Assembly: GCA_947167695.1 (NCBI GenBank)
Contig: CAMVIX010000003.1
Location: 1 to 53,237 of the forward strand
Reading direction: 5' to 3'
Source: an uncultured Clostridiaceae bacterium
Lineage (GTDB): Bacteria > Bacillota > Clostridia > TANB77 > CAG-508
DNA length: 53,237 bases
Under the pieces are notes generated by a model. The model did no database searches. It was not told where the DNA came from and was given only the letters and a program-made list of their open reading frames with translations. Shown here piece by piece: positions 31,979 to 43,806 of this stretch (within the stretch, counting starts at the first letter, position 1; every line of letters starts with the position of its first letter). The position numbers and the translations under genes were made by a program.

Positions 31979-32817
31979 TCACTTAAATCCTTTTCCAAAT
32001 ACTTCTCTTGCATTTGATATTATTAAAAATGCGTTTGGGTCTTCCTCACTTACAATTTTGCGAATAGCAGTTACTTCTCCTCTTCCGGACTACGCAAAGA
32101 AGTAGCATTTTTTCCTTATTGGTATACATTCCTTTTGCATACAGTCCCGTTGTACCCCTTTGTACATCAGCTGTTATTTTTTTTGCTATTTCTTGATACT
32201 TATCTGATATTACATATACCATTTTTGAAAAGTATATTCCTTCTAATAAAATATCTATTGCTTTTCCCATTATATATATTGCTATTGCAGAATAAAGAGC
32301 AATTTCTATTTGCTTAAATACAGCCACATTTAAGCCTACAATAATTGTATCTGCTGTTATTATAATTGTACTTGAGCGAATATCTTTTTTATATTTCCTT
32401 ATTATTTGAGATAATAGGTCGCTTCCTCCTGTTGAAGCATTTGCCTTTAGTATAATTGCTGAACCTATACCAACTAAAATGCCTCCATAAAGGCATGCTA
32501 GTATTTTATCACTTGTAAATGGATGTATTTTTTCAAATACATCTATAAATATGGAAAGAGATACTGTTCCGTATTATTGCTTTTAAAAAAAATTTTTTTC
32601 CTAATTTAAAAAATGCAAATATGAATAGTGGGACATTTAGAATAATCATTACTATTCCCACTGGAGCTTTAAATAAATAATAAAATATTGTTGCAATTCC
32701 CGCAAATCCACCTGTCGATAATTTATTTGGTACTAAAAACAAGCCTGTCCCCATAGCCATTACAATAGTTCCACAGATTATTTGAATAAGCTCTATAAAA
32801 GTCTTTTTTATGTTCAT
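31979..32817 (-). CDS. YitT family membrane protein; two +1 shifts at CGG 32569-32571 and 32085-32087 (about 278 aa)
   Basis: LSTGGFAGIA, ASTGGSD, QRGTTGL..KGMYT and C-terminal DPNAFLII..AREVFGKGF recovered only after C skipping. Confidence 0.88.
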
Positions 32818-32872
32818 TAAAAACCACCCATACTTTGAGTATGAGTGGTTTTTTAGAAATTATACATTATTT

Positions 32873-33913
32873 TTAATCATTATATGTTTCCAAGATATTA
32901 ATTTCAAATTTCCCTTGCTTCATTTTTTCATCTTGTTTAACAATTGTTTTAACCTCATATAAATCTTTAAGCTTTATAATATTTTCTCTCTTATGTCCAA
33001 CAACATTATTTACATCTTCTGGATTTATTAAAAGCTCTATTTTCTTTACTTTTACATTAAATTTTTTTATTCTCTCAAAAATCTTGTCATACCAAATTGC
33101 ACTTTCTACCAACTGCCCAAAAGCTTCATGATAAGGCCCTGCAACTACCTCACTTCCTGCTACATCTGGAGTGGAAATAGTATCTGTGTTTTGAAGTCCA
33201 ATTCTTATTACTGTTATGTGTTTCTTTTTAAAGAAATTGCAAAGCTCTTTGCTAGTTTCCACTGCTTGTGCTACAGACAGTGGCTCATATGTACCATCAT
33301 TATAGTCTTTTTCAAGCTGAGTTCCTTTTATTACAAGTACTGGATATATTCTAACTATTTTAGGCTTACATTTTGCACAATCCTTGGCTGTATTTAGTTC
33401 ATCTATTTTTGTGCTATCTGGCAGTCCCACCATAATTTGATGCCCAAGTACAAATCCGCTTCTTCTAATCAATTTAGAAGCTTTTTTTACGTCTTCAAAG
33501 GTATGCCCTCTTTTGCTTTTTTTTAGTATGTAATCATTTGAAGATTGCACTCCAAGTTCTATAGTTTTGACATTATATTTTTTTAGTCTTTTTAAAACCT
33601 CTTTATCAATGTAGTCTGGTCTTGTCGAGCATCTTATACTATCTACTTTTCCAAGCTTCACATATTCATATGCTGCTTCAAGAAGCTCTTCTTGTTTTTC
33701 CTTTGGAATACCCGTAAAACTTCCTCCAAAGAAGGCAACCTCAACTGTGCCATCCTCTTTAAAACTATTTAAATACTCTTCGATAGTATTTTTTACATCT
33801 TCTCTGCTTACTTGTTTAGTCTCACCTGATATCTTTTTTTGATTACAAAATGTACAATTTTGTGGGCAACCTAAATGTGGTACAAATATCGGTATGTTAT
33901 AGTGTCTTTTCAT
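32873..33913 (-). CDS. Radical SAM protein (Elp3/YhcC-like)
   Basis: IPIFVPHLGCPQNCTFC, FFGGSFTG, STRPD, IELGVQS, RIYP; usual neighbour of rnc. Confidence 0.88.
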   Translation of the reverse strand: MKRHYNIPIFVPHLGCPQNCTFCNQKKISGETKQVSREDVKNTIEEYLNSFKEDGTVEVAFFGGSFTGIPKEKQEELLEAAYEYVKLGKVDSIRCSTRPDYIDKEVLKRLKKYNVKTIELGVQSSNDYILKKSKRGHTFEDVKKASKLIRRSGFVLGHQIMVGLPDSTKIDELNTAKDCAKCKPKIVRIYPVLVIKGTQLEKDYNDGTYEPLSVAQAVETSKELCNFFKKKHITVIRIGLQNTDTISTPDVAGSEVVAGPYHEAFGQLVESAIWYDKIFERIKKFNVKVKKIELLINPEDVNNVVGHKRENIIKLKDLYEVKTIVKQDEKMKQGKFEINILETYND

Positions 33914-33922
33914 TGTTCCTCC

Positions 33923-34592
33923 TTAAATTTGTTCTAGTGCTTTTTGTGCAGCTTGCATTTCTGCATGTTTTTTACTTGCTCCAACCCCTGTAGTTATGCA
34001 CTTTCCATTTACTAATAACTCCACTGTGAATTCTTTATCGTGATCTGGCCCTTCTTCTTTTATTGTTTTATATTCAATATGCACATTTCCTTTTGCCTGC
34101 AGTTTTTCCTGTAATACAGTTTTATAATCTTTTTTGCCCACTTCTTTAGATGCGTTTTCCACAGCATTTTTTAAGTTTTCTATTATAAATTCACGTACTA
34201 CATCTAGGCCGCCTATCTAAATATGTTGCAGCAATTACAGCTTCAACACTATCTGCTAGAATAGCAGGCTTGTCCGTACCACTTGATATTTCGCTTCTAC
34301 CTAAATTTAAGAAATCACTAAAATTATGCTTTTTTGCCACCTTATACAAGCTGTCTTCACAAACTACCGCAGCTCTAACTTTAGTCATTTCTCCCTCTGA
34401 AAGATTTTTGTAATTGTTAAATAGATAATCACTAATTACATACTCTAAAATAGCATCCCCTAAATATTCGAGCTTTTCATTGCTTTCAACATTATGTTCG
34501 TACGCATAGGATGTATGCGTTAGTGCCTTTTCTATTAGTACCTTATTATTGTATCTTATTCCTATTTCCTCTTCAAAACCTTTTGTGTTCAT
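33923..34592 (-). CDS. rnc: Ribonuclease III; +1 shift at CGG 34209-34211 between the nuclease domain and the dsRBD (about 222 aa)
   Basis: ALTHTSY, NEKLEYLGDAIL, ADSVEAVIAATYLD, then DYKTVLQE..GPDHDKEF..SKKHAEMQAA in the +1 frame. Confidence 0.93.
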
Positions 34593-34612
34593 CTTTTCAT
34601 CTTCTTTCTTTT

Positions 34613-34730
34613 GGGGACAGGTCCGTTTGGGGACATTTGTCTCCTTTTGGGACACATCTTAACTACTGCAAATTCTTTCGTCAAGATGTGTCCCAAAAGG
34701 AGACAAATGTCCCCAAACGGACCTGTCCCC
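34613..34730. repeat. Perfect 48-bp inverted repeat with 22-nt loop filling the acpP-rnc spacer
   Basis: 34613-34660 is the exact reverse complement of 34683-34730; each arm has three GGGACA units. Confidence 0.9.
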
Positions 34731-34742
34731 GTGTTCACACTG

Positions 34743-36106
<1,364 letters not shown>

Positions 36107-36135
36107 ATAATATTTCCTCCTATTTGTTGCAAATC

Positions 36136-36184
36136 GTTAAGAAATCTGGGGACAGGTTTAAAACCTGTCCCCAGATTTCTTAAC
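36136..36184. repeat. GGGGACAGG-family palindrome in the plsX leader
   Basis: GTTAAGAAATCTGGGGACAGG-TTTAAAA-CCTGTCCCCAGATTTCTTAAC. Confidence 0.85.
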
Positions 36185-36251
36185 CTCTCTTACAACTAAT
36201 TTAAATTCTTTAATAGAATAATTCTACCACATATATATTTGTGGTAGAACT

Positions 36252-36280
36252 ATTTTATTATTTTATTTTAAAAAATGCAA
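36252..36280 (-). promoter_or_regulatory. Putative SigA promoter of plsX-acpP-rnc
   Basis: TTGCAT, 17 nt, TAAAAT on the minus strand. Confidence 0.45.
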
Positions 36281-36317
36281 GTGTTTTTATTAAATTGGTT
36301 ACTTTATTCATATAAAT

Positions 36318-36551
36318 TTACATTGCCTCGTCTTCTAATCTTATTTTTATTTCATTTATCATATCTGATACAAGATTTCTATTTTTGATTTTTTTAAATA
36401 AGTAGTCTAGCTTTGCCTGTTCTGCTTTTATTTGAAAAGTATAATAGTCTATTAAATCTCCTTCAGCATATTCATAATTTTTGCTTGCAACTTCAAGGTT
36501 TCTCTTTGATTTTATTACACTTTTTATAAGTTCAATGTCTTTATTCTCCAC
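36318..36551 (-). CDS. YaaL/DUF2508 family protein
   Basis: NYEYAEGDLIDYYTFQIKAEQAKLDYLFK. Confidence 0.8.
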   Translation of the reverse strand: MENKDIELIKSVIKSKRNLEVASKNYEYAEGDLIDYYTFQIKAEQAKLDYLFKKIKNRNLVSDMINEIKIRLEDEAM

Positions 36552-36621
36552 ATATACTCCCCCAAAAATAATAATATGTTAGTAGTATATGTAATTTATG
36601 GTATTTTATGCTAGAAAAAAC

Positions 36622-36669
36622 GAGCAAAAGAGGACATTCCTCTAAAAAGAGGAGTGTCCTCTTTTGCTC
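36622..36669. repeat. Palindrome of the GAGC(C/A)AAAG family
   Basis: GAGCAAAAGAGGACATTCCTCT-AAAA-AGAGGAGTGTCCTCTTTTGCTC. Confidence 0.75.
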
Positions 36670-36703
36670 ACGCTATGCATTTTAGCCGATTTTTCCTATA
36701 CAA

Positions 36704-36731
36704 CAAAAAAGAGCCTAATGGCTCTTTTTTG
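36704..36731 (-). terminator. Intrinsic terminator of tuf
   Basis: CAAAAAAGAGCC-TAAT-GGCTCTTTTTTG just after the tuf stop. Confidence 0.75.
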
Positions 36732-36741
36732 TAAATATTTA

Positions 36742-37944
36742 TTACTCAATTATTTCAGCAACGATACCAGAACCTACTGTTCTACCACCTTCACGGATAG
36801 CGAATCTTAGTCCTTTTTCAATTGCGATTGGTGTAATAAGTTCGATTGTCATATCTACGTTATCACCTGGCATACACATTTCTGTGCCTTGTGGTAATTC
36901 GATAACACCTGTAACGTCTGTTGTTCTGAAGTAGAATTGTGGTCTGTAGTTTGTGAAGAATGGTGTATGACGTCCACCTTCTTCTTTTGTTAGAACGTAT
37001 ACTTGTGCTTTGAATTTTGTATGTGGATGGATTGTTCCTGGTTTTGCTAGAACTTGACCTCTTTCGATTTCTTTTCTATCAATACCTCTTAATAGAACAC
37101 CAATGTTATCTCCAGCTTCAGCTTGGTCTAACAATTTTCTGAACATTTCAACGCCTGTTACAACTGTTTTCTTTCTTTCTTTAGAAAGACCGATAATTTC
37201 AACTTCGTCAGATACTTTAACAACTCCTCTTTCTACTCTACCTGTTGCAACTGTACCACGACCTGTAATTGTGAATACGTCTTCAACTGGCATTAAGAAT
37301 GGTTGATCTGTTGGTCTGTCTGGTGTTGGGATGTAGCTATCTACTGCATCCATTAATTCTTTCATTGGAGCATATACAGGGTCATTAGGATCTGTAGATG
37401 TGCTCTCTAGAACTTTTAATGATGAACCTTTAATGATTGGAATTTCGTCTCCAGGGAAATCGTATTTAGAAAGTAATTCTCTAACTTCCATTTCAACTAA
37501 TTCAAGTAATTCTGGGTCATCAACCATATCGCATTTATTTAAGTAAACAACGATATATTTAACACCAACTTGTCTTGCAAGAAGGATATGCTCTCTTGTT
37601 TGAGGCATTGGACCATCTGCTGCTGATACAACTAATATTGCACCATCCATTTGTGCAGCACCTGTGATCATGTTCTTTACGTAGTCTGCGTGTCCTGGGC
37701 AGTCAACGTGTGCATAGTGTCTTTTTTCTGTTTCATATTCAACGTGAGCTGTGTTAATTGTGATTCCTCTTGCTTTCTCCTCTGGTGCTCCGTCGATTTG
37801 ATCATAAGCTGTATACTGAGCTTTTCCTAGTAATCCTAGGTATTTTGTAATAGCTGCTGTTGTAGTTGTTTTACCATGGTCAACGTGGCCTATTGTACCA
37901 ATGTTAACGTGTGGTTTTGTTCTTTCAAATTTTGCTTTTGCCAT
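36742..37944 (-). CDS. tuf: Elongation factor Tu
   Basis: [28 protein letters not shown]. Confidence 0.99.
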   Translation of the reverse strand: MAKAKFERTKPHVNIGTIGHVDHGKTTTTAAITKYLGLLGKAQYTAYDQIDGAPEEKARGITINTAHVEYETEKRHYAHVDCPGHADYVKNMITGAAQMDGAILVVSAADGPMPQTREHILLARQVGVKYIVVYLNKCDMVDDPELLELVEMEVRELLSKYDFPGDEIPIIKGSSLKVLESTSTDPNDPVYAPMKELMDAVDSYIPTPDRPTDQPFLMPVEDVFTITGRGTVATGRVERGVVKVSDEVEIIGLSKERKKTVVTGVEMFRKLLDQAEAGDNIGVLLRGIDRKEIERGQVLAKPGTIHPHTKFKAQVYVLTKEEGGRHTPFFTNYRPQFYFRTTDVTGVIELPQGTEMCMPGDNVDMTIELITPIAIEKGLRFAIREGGRTVGSGIVAEIIE

Positions 37945-38022
37945 TTGAAATTTCCTCCTTTTAATTTCCGAGATTTCTCTCTAATATTTTTTTAAATTTT
38001 AAAACTAATTTAAAGTAATAGT

Positions 38023-38051
38023 ATTTTATACTATTTTTTTCGTTTTTGCAA
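38023..38051 (-). promoter_or_regulatory. Internal promoter for tuf
   Basis: TTGCAA, 17 nt, TAAAAT on the minus strand between fusA and tuf. Confidence 0.55.
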
Positions 38052-38118
38052 GGGTTTTATGGAATTTTTGCAAATTTGTTTGTGAGAAAAAGGGACGGTT
38101 CTCTTTTTCTCACTTTAG

Positions 38119-40203
38119 TTATTCTTCTTTCTTTCCTCTTGTTGCAACGATTGTTTCTAATACTGATTTTGGAACTTCTTCATAGTGTGATGGTTCCATT
38201 GCATATGTTCCTCTACCTTGTGTCTTAGAACGTAAGTCTGTTGCATAACCAAACATTTCTGCAAGTGGGATGAATCCACGAATTATTTGTGCTCCTCCTC
38301 TTGCTTCCATTCCTTCCATTCTACCACGTCTTGAGTTAATGTCTCCTATAACATCTCCCATATATTCTTCTGGAACTGTTACTTCAACTCTCATGATAGG
38401 CTCAAGGATAACTGATTTAGCTTGCTTACATCCTTCTTTAAATGCCATAGATGCTGCAATTTTGAAGGCCATTTCTGAAGAGTCAACTTCATGGTATGAA
38501 CCGTCTACTAAAGTAGCCTTAAAGTCTATAACTGGGTATCCAGCTAAAACTCCGCTTTCAGCAGCTTCTCTAATTCCTGCTTCGATAGGTTTGATGTATT
38601 CTTTTGGAACTGCACCACCTACGATTTTGCTTTCGAATTTGATTCCACTTCCTGGCTCTAATGGTTCCATTTCAAGCCATACGTGACCGTATTGACCTTT
38701 ACCACCAGATTGACGGATGAATTTTCCTTCAACTCTTACGCTATTCCTTATTGTTTCTTTGTAAGCAACTTGTGGTTTACCTACATTTGCTTCTACCTTA
38801 AATTCTCTTTTTAGTCTGTCTACGATAATGTCTAGGTGAAGCTCACCCATACCAGCGATAATTGTTTGGCCTGTTTCATGGTCTGTATAAGTTTTGAAGG
38901 TTGGATCTTCTTCTGCAAGTTTTGCAAGAGCTATACCCATCTTCTCGCTTGCTACCTTGTCTTTAGGTTCGATTGCAATATCAATAACTGGCTCTGGGAA
39001 TTCCATAGATTCAAGGATAACTGGTGCATTTTCATCACATAATGTATCACCTGTTGTTGTTTCCTTTAATCCAACTGCTGCAGCAATATCTCCAGAGTAA
39101 ACTTTTTCAATATCTTCTCTGTGGTTTGCATGCATTTGAAGAATTCTACCAATTCTTTCCTTCTTATCTTTGTTTGAATTCAATACTGTAGATCCAGCTT
39201 CTAGTACACCTGAATATACTCTAAAGAAGCAAAGCTTTCCAACATAAGGGTCTGTAGCAATCTTAAATGCTAAAGCAGCGAATGGCTGGTCATCACCAGT
39301 AATTCTTTCTACTTCATTTCCATCTTCATCAACACCCTTAATGTTAGGAATGTCTAGTGGAGATGGCATGTAGTAAACTATAGCATCAAGTAATTCTTGA
39401 ACACCTCTGTTTTTGTATGAAGAACCACATGTTACAGGTACGATAGTATTTGCAATAGTTCCTTTTCTAAGTCCCATTTTTATTTCGTCCTCTGTAAGTT
39501 CTCCTCCATCTAAGTATTTCATCATTAAATCGTCATCAGCTTCTGCCGCAGCTTCTATCATTTCGCTTCTATATTTTTCTGCTTTTTCTTTTAAATCATC
39601 AGGAATTTCTGTCTCTTCGATTTCTTTTCCTAAATCATCTTTATGAATGAAAGCTTTCATTTTGATTAAATCAACTATTCCTTGGAAGTTGTCTTCAGCT
39701 CCAACTGGAATTTGTACTGGAATTGCGTTTGCATGAAGTCTTTCTTTCATTTGCTCAACTGAACCATAAAAATCTGCACCTGTCATATCCATTTTATTTA
39801 CATATGCCATTCTTGGTACATGATATTTATCAGCTTGTCTCCAAACTGTTTCAGATTGTGGTTGAACACCACTTCTTGCAGCAATAACTAATACAGAGCC
39901 ATCAAGTACTCTTAAAGATCTTTCTACTTCTACAGTGAAGTCAACGTGACCTGGAGTATCTATGATGTTTATTCTACGACCTAACCATTGGCATGTAGTA
40001 GCAGCAGAAGTAATTGTAATACCTCTTTCTTGTTCTTGCTCCATCCAGTCCATAGTAGCTTCACCTTCGTGAACCTCACCTATTTTATGGTTAATACCTG
40101 TGTAGAAAAGAATTCTCTCTGTTGTAGTGGTTTTTCCTGCATCTATATGAGCCATTATTCCTATATTTCTAGTTTGTTCTAGTGGAAATGCTCTTCCTGC
40201 CAT
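38119..40203 (-). CDS. fusA: Elongation factor G
   Basis: [29 protein letters not shown]. Confidence 0.99.
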   Translation of the reverse strand: MAGRAFPLEQTRNIGIMAHIDAGKTTTTERILFYTGINHKIGEVHEGEATMDWMEQEQERGITITSAATTCQWLGRRINIIDTPGHVDFTVEVERSLRVLDGSVLVIAARSGVQPQSETVWRQADKYHVPRMAYVNKMDMTGADFYGSVEQMKERLHANAIPVQIPVGAEDNFQGIVDLIKMKAFIHKDDLGKEIEETEIPDDLKEKAEKYRSEMIEAAAEADDDLMMKYLDGGELTEDEIKMGLRKGTIANTIVPVTCGSSYKNRGVQELLDAIVYYMPSPLDIPNIKGVDEDGNEVERITGDDQPFAALAFKIATDPYVGKLCFFRVYSGVLEAGSTVLNSNKDKKERIGRILQMHANHREDIEKVYSGDIAAAVGLKETTTGDTLCDENAPVILESMEFPEPVIDIAIEPKDKVASEKMGIALAKLAEEDPTFKTYTDHETGQTIIAGMGELHLDIIVDRLKREFKVEANVGKPQVAYKETIRNSVRVEGKFIRQSGGKGQYGHVWLEMEPLEPGSGIKFESKIVGGAVPKEYIKPIEAGIREAAESGVLAGYPVIDFKATLVDGSYHEVDSSEMAFKIAASMAFKEGCKQAKSVILEPIMRVEVTVPEEYMGDVIGDINSRRGRMEGMEARGGAQIIRGFIPLAEMFGYATDLRSKTQGRGTYAMEPSHYEEVPKSVLETIVATRGKKEE

Positions 40204-40233
40204 ATATTTTTTCTCCTCTCTTTATTTTTATTT

Positions 40234-40335
40234 GGTGAATAGTGAATGGTGAATAGTGAAAAGCTCATAGTAAATGTAGTTTTTCAGCTTTGCTGAAAAA
40301 CTTCAAATACTATTCATTATTCATTATTCACTATT
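40234..40335. repeat. Heptamer (TGAATAG-like) inverted array between rpsG and fusA
   Basis: GGTGAATAGTGAATGGTGAATAGTGAA..ACTATTCATTATTCATTATTCACTATT with an internal GTTTTTCAGC/GCTGAAAAAC hairpin. Confidence 0.75.
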
Positions 40336-40372
40336 AATTATTCACTGCATTAAACTTGTTTAATGCACAATT

Positions 40373-40843
40373 TTACCATTTGTAATGAGCAAAAGCCCTA
40401 TTAGCCTCTGCCATCTTATGCATATCTTCTTTCTTTCTAAATGCACTACCTGTGCTGTTTAATGCATCTATTATTTCACCAGCTAATTTCTCAGCCATTG
40501 TTTTTTCATGTCTAGCTCTTGCATAAATTACAAGCCATCTTAAACCTAAAGTTTGTCTTCTTTCAGGTCTAATTTCCATAGGTACTTGGTATGTAGCACC
40601 ACCTACTCTTCTTGCTTTAACCTCAAGAACTGGCATTACGTTATTTAGCGCTTGCTCAAATACTTCTAGTGGATCTTTTTGTTCTTTTTCCTTGATTATA
40701 TCAAAAGCTCCATAAACGATTTCTTGAGCAACTGTTTTTTTACCATCTAGCATTACATTGTTAATTAATTTTGTAACAACTTTGCTATTATAAATTGGGT
40801 CTGGTAAAACTTCTCTTTTTGCAATATATCCTTTTCTTGGCAC
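40373..40843 (-). CDS. rpsG: 30S ribosomal protein uS7
   Basis: [30 protein letters not shown]. Confidence 0.99.
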   Translation of the reverse strand: MPRKGYIAKREVLPDPIYNSKVVTKLINNVMLDGKKTVAQEIVYGAFDIIKEKEQKDPLEVFEQALNNVMPVLEVKARRVGGATYQVPMEIRPERRQTLGLRWLVIYARARHEKTMAEKLAGEIIDALNSTGSAFRKKEDMHKMAEANRAFAHYKW

Positions 40844-41018
40844 TATTCTTCCCTCCTTCTTTATTTTAAGCTGTTTTTGGTGTTTTAACTAAAACACCTA
40901 GGTACTCTTAAGGGCAATTCCCCTAAGCATAGTGCTACTTTATATATAAAATCAATTTCTTGACTAATTATTTCGCACTATTAATTCATTTCTTTATCTG
41001 AATTTCGATAAAGTCTCT

Positions 41019-41144
41019 GTAAAAATTTTCAGAAACGAGTAATGCAAGGCAACCGAATAAATTTTTTTGAGATTGTACAAAGGTACATCGAAAAAAAATT
41101 TATGAAGGTTAACGTAGCAGTACGAAGTTTATGGAAATTTTTAC
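41019..41144. repeat. Nested inverted-repeat element at the 3' end of rpsL
   Basis: GTAAAAATTTTCAGAAAC..GTTTATGGAAATTTTTAC outer arms; ATAAATTTTTTT..AAAAAAATTTAT inner arms. Confidence 0.55.
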
Positions 41145-41557
41145 CCCTTCTTAGGTCTTTTAGCACCATACTTAGATCTAGCTTGATTTCTGTCTTTTAC
41201 TCCTGCAGTATCAAGCGTTCCACGAATGATATGGTAACGTACACCTGGAAGGTCCTTTACTCTTCCACCCCTGATTAGAACAACGCTGTGCTCTTGTAAG
41301 TTATGACCTACCCCTGGAATGTAAGATGTAACTTCGTAACCGTTTGAAAGTCTAACCCTTGCTACTTTTCTTAAAGCTGAGTTAGGTTTCTTAGGAGTTA
41401 CTGTTTTTACTACTGTGCATACACCTCTTTTTTGTGGGCTTCTGTTATCAGTTTGTCTCTTTTTCTTTGAGTTATAACCTTTTTGAAGCGCTGGAGCTGT
41501 AGATTTAGTAGTAGAAGTTTTTCTTCCTTTCCTTACTAATTGGTTAATTGTTGGCAA
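41141..41557 (-). CDS. rpsL: 30S ribosomal protein uS12
   Basis: [30 protein letters not shown]; TTG start after GGAGGTG. Confidence 0.99.
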   Translation of the reverse strand: MPTINQLVRKGRKTSTTKSTAPALQKGYNSKKKRQTDNRSPQKRGVCTVVKTVTPKKPNSALRKVARVRLSNGYEVTSYIPGVGHNLQEHSVVLIRGGRVKDLPGVRYHIIRGTLDTAGVKDRNQARSKYGAKRPKKG

Positions 41558-41619
41558 TTTTGTTTCACCTCCTATAAAAAAATATAACCGCTAAATCGTT
41601 TCCACGATTAGCGGTTAAA

Positions 41620-41648
41620 ATTATATCATTTTTTTATTGATATGTCAA
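41620..41648 (-). promoter_or_regulatory. Consensus SigA promoter of the str operon
   Basis: TTGACA, 17 nt, TATAAT with TGn on the minus strand. Confidence 0.85.
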
Positions 41649-41664
41649 TGGTTTGGGCTAAAAT

Positions 41665-43122
41665 TTATCTGCTAAAATCATCTGCTCCTGTTCTATCTAA
41701 ATCCTTTGTAGATGTATGTGCATATTCGTCCATTTTTCCTCTACTAACTTTAACTCTTAATCGATCTAACATGGCTTCTTTTTTTACTGTTCTTTCTTCT
41801 TTCAATGTTGCATATTTAGCAGCTGATTTTGATAGTTCATAAATTGAAGTCCCTTTTTCACTAAATCTATCAAAAAATCTTCTTATTCCTCTAAACAATC
41901 CTGATGTTTCAGAAATTAAAGCACCTGCTCTAACATATTTTAATTTATCCTCAAATTCGCTTATTTCATCAATTGTCTTGTTTTCAAAGTCTCCATTAAA
42001 TCTATCTATTTCTTGACGAATTGCTTTTAATTTTTGGTCAGGCATTTTTTTCATATTACTCAATTCTTCTTTTGTAATACTTACTCCGTTAAAAGAGATT
42101 ACATCATTTGGAAGCTCATTAATTCTTTGTTTCATTATTCTTCCAAATTCTCTTCTATCAATTGGGCCTAAATATCTTGCCATTTTTACTATATCTTCAC
42201 TGCCATTTCTCATTAATAGTTTTCTTTGTCTTTCTGGTGATGAAGTTCTAAAATCGTTGAACATAGATTTTGCTACTTTTTTTGGTGTTAGTGCAACCAT
42301 AGACTTTGTTTCATCTTTTTTGTCATTGCCAGAATTCTCTTTTGTTACTTCATCTGAATTGGTAGAAGATACTTCTGGAGCTTCTCTAAATGCATAAATA
42401 TTTTGTGCTTTTAAGAAAGTTTCTATTTCTGCCTTTCTCGCTTTAAATTCTGACTCCATTTTTGACTGTAGTCTTGTAAAATCCTCCAGTTGCTTTTCTT
42501 GAGTTGTTAGTTTCTTTCTTAATCCGTCTATGTGCTTATTTAATTCTTCAATAGCTTTATTCTTATCCAGTTTACCACTTAACCTTCCAGATAAGGCAAT
42601 AGTCTCATCATCTTTTCCCATTACATTTTGTAGTTGTTTTTCTGCATCTGAAATTTGTGCTTTTGTTTTTTCGATATCTTGTTTTAAAGTATTTATTCTC
42701 GTTTCATTATCTTGTAATACTTTCTCATACATTCCTACTAAATCTAATGCTTCTTCTTTATATTGAGACTTATTATCTTTTTTTCTTCCAGCAATATCAT
42801 TTAAATTTGCTTCTATGGAATTGTCTCCTTCTAGCAATTGCTTGTTGATATTGTATTCTGTAATAATGTCTAATTTTTGTTCTAATGATAATTTCTGTTC
42901 AACAAAATCTTCTCTTGTTCCTCCATCTAGAATGTAATCATCATAGTCTCTGAAGTGATTTCTTAAATAATCTTCAGACACTACCTTTATTGCTTCACTA
43001 TTGACGTAATCGTTTCTTTCTTTGTTAATTTCTGCTACTCTTGTTGCTAAGTTGTTTTTTAAATCATCAATACCCGCAAAAGCATCTTGCATTGATTTTT
43101 CTACTTGTTTTTTTGTAGCCAT
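41665..43122 (-). CDS. Hypothetical coiled-coil protein (485 aa)
   Basis: AGGAGG before ATG; long uninterrupted ORF rich in E/K heptads; no recognisable family. Confidence 0.75.
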   Translation of the reverse strand: MATKKQVEKSMQDAFAGIDDLKNNLATRVAEINKERNDYVNSEAIKVVSEDYLRNHFRDYDDYILDGGTREDFVEQKLSLEQKLDIITEYNINKQLLEGDNSIEANLNDIAGRKKDNKSQYKEEALDLVGMYEKVLQDNETRINTLKQDIEKTKAQISDAEKQLQNVMGKDDETIALSGRLSGKLDKNKAIEELNKHIDGLRKKLTTQEKQLEDFTRLQSKMESEFKARKAEIETFLKAQNIYAFREAPEVSSTNSDEVTKENSGNDKKDETKSMVALTPKKVAKSMFNDFRTSSPERQRKLLMRNGSEDIVKMARYLGPIDRREFGRIMKQRINELPNDVISFNGVSITKEELSNMKKMPDQKLKAIRQEIDRFNGDFENKTIDEISEFEDKLKYVRAGALISETSGLFRGIRRFFDRFSEKGTSIYELSKSAAKYATLKEERTVKKEAMLDRLRVKVSRGKMDEYAHTSTKDLDRTGADDFSR

Positions 43123-43133
43123 TTTTTACCTCC

Positions 43134-43256
43134 TTATTTTTTACTTTCTACTTCTTCTATTTTTTTCATTCTTATAAGAGTGTCATTACACTCTTCCATT
43201 AGTTTAAAGTTCTTTTTTATCTCTTCAATGTTCTCGTTGTATTCATTTTCATCCAT
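43134..43256 (-). CDS. Small hypothetical protein (40 aa, below the ORF-track cutoff)
   Basis: AAGGAGA, 7 nt, ATG 43256; MDENEYNENIEEIKKNFKLMEECNDTLIRMKKIEEVESKK; its stop overlaps the next RBS. Confidence 0.55.
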   Translation of the reverse strand: MDENEYNENIEEIKKNFKLMEECNDTLIRMKKIEEVESKK

Positions 43257-43383
43257 AAAAACATCTCCTTTGTTTATTAGTCTACATAACTAATACAATT
43301 ATACACTACTTTGCCAAAAAATGCAAGTTTTAACTAAAAATTCCCCACGTACAAACATACACGGGGAATTAGATGGTATTGCC

Positions 43384-43653
43384 TTAAGGTTCAATAACGG
43401 GTGTTTTAGAATCTTTTGGTAGCATAAAAGACCAATAGCTCTTTGTAGAGTCCTTTAGGTCTCTATGCCATAGAAGTGCAAAGCCCATTTGCGAATAATG
43501 CTTTATCGCTTTTGGGTACATTAAACCATAATGACGGTACTCAAATGGTTTTTCTTGTTTTCCAGTTTGATATTCCTTTATGGCCTTCTGCAGGTTACCA
43601 TTTAAAAAAAGTATCTGCTGATGTGCACCAAAATCGTTCCGCTCCCTTGCCAT
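43384..43653 (-). CDS. Hypothetical protein (89 aa)
   Basis: Strong AAAGGAGG RBS; hairpin TTCCCC..GGGGAA downstream. Confidence 0.55.
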   Translation of the reverse strand: MARERNDFGAHQQILFLNGNLQKAIKEYQTGKQEKPFEYRHYGLMYPKAIKHYSQMGFALLWHRDLKDSTKSYWSFMLPKDSKTPVIEP

Positions 43654-43757
43654 AAGGCATACCTCCTTTTGAATTTGTCCATTTCTGGAACTTGGTTTAA
43701 TTCTATCACAAATTTACATAATATTCAAGTATTTTGTCATAAAATTTACGTATAAGC

Positions 43758-43786
43758 TTGACCTGGTTTTCTTTTTAATGTAAAAT
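43758..43786 (+). promoter_or_regulatory. SigA-type promoter of the HD-GYP gene
   Basis: TTGACC, 17 nt, TAAAAT. Confidence 0.55.
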
Positions 43787-43806
43787 GATTATGGAGGAAA
43801 TAACAA

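Noticed and set aside
36560-36615. Sporulation sigma (SigE/SigG) promoter before the DUF2508 gene
   Set aside because: GCATAA..CATATACT resembles one, but spacing is ambiguous in AT-rich DNA, so support is too weak.
41141-41557. Streptomycin-resistance changes in uS12
   Set aside because: TPKKPNSA and RVKDLPG are wild-type-like.
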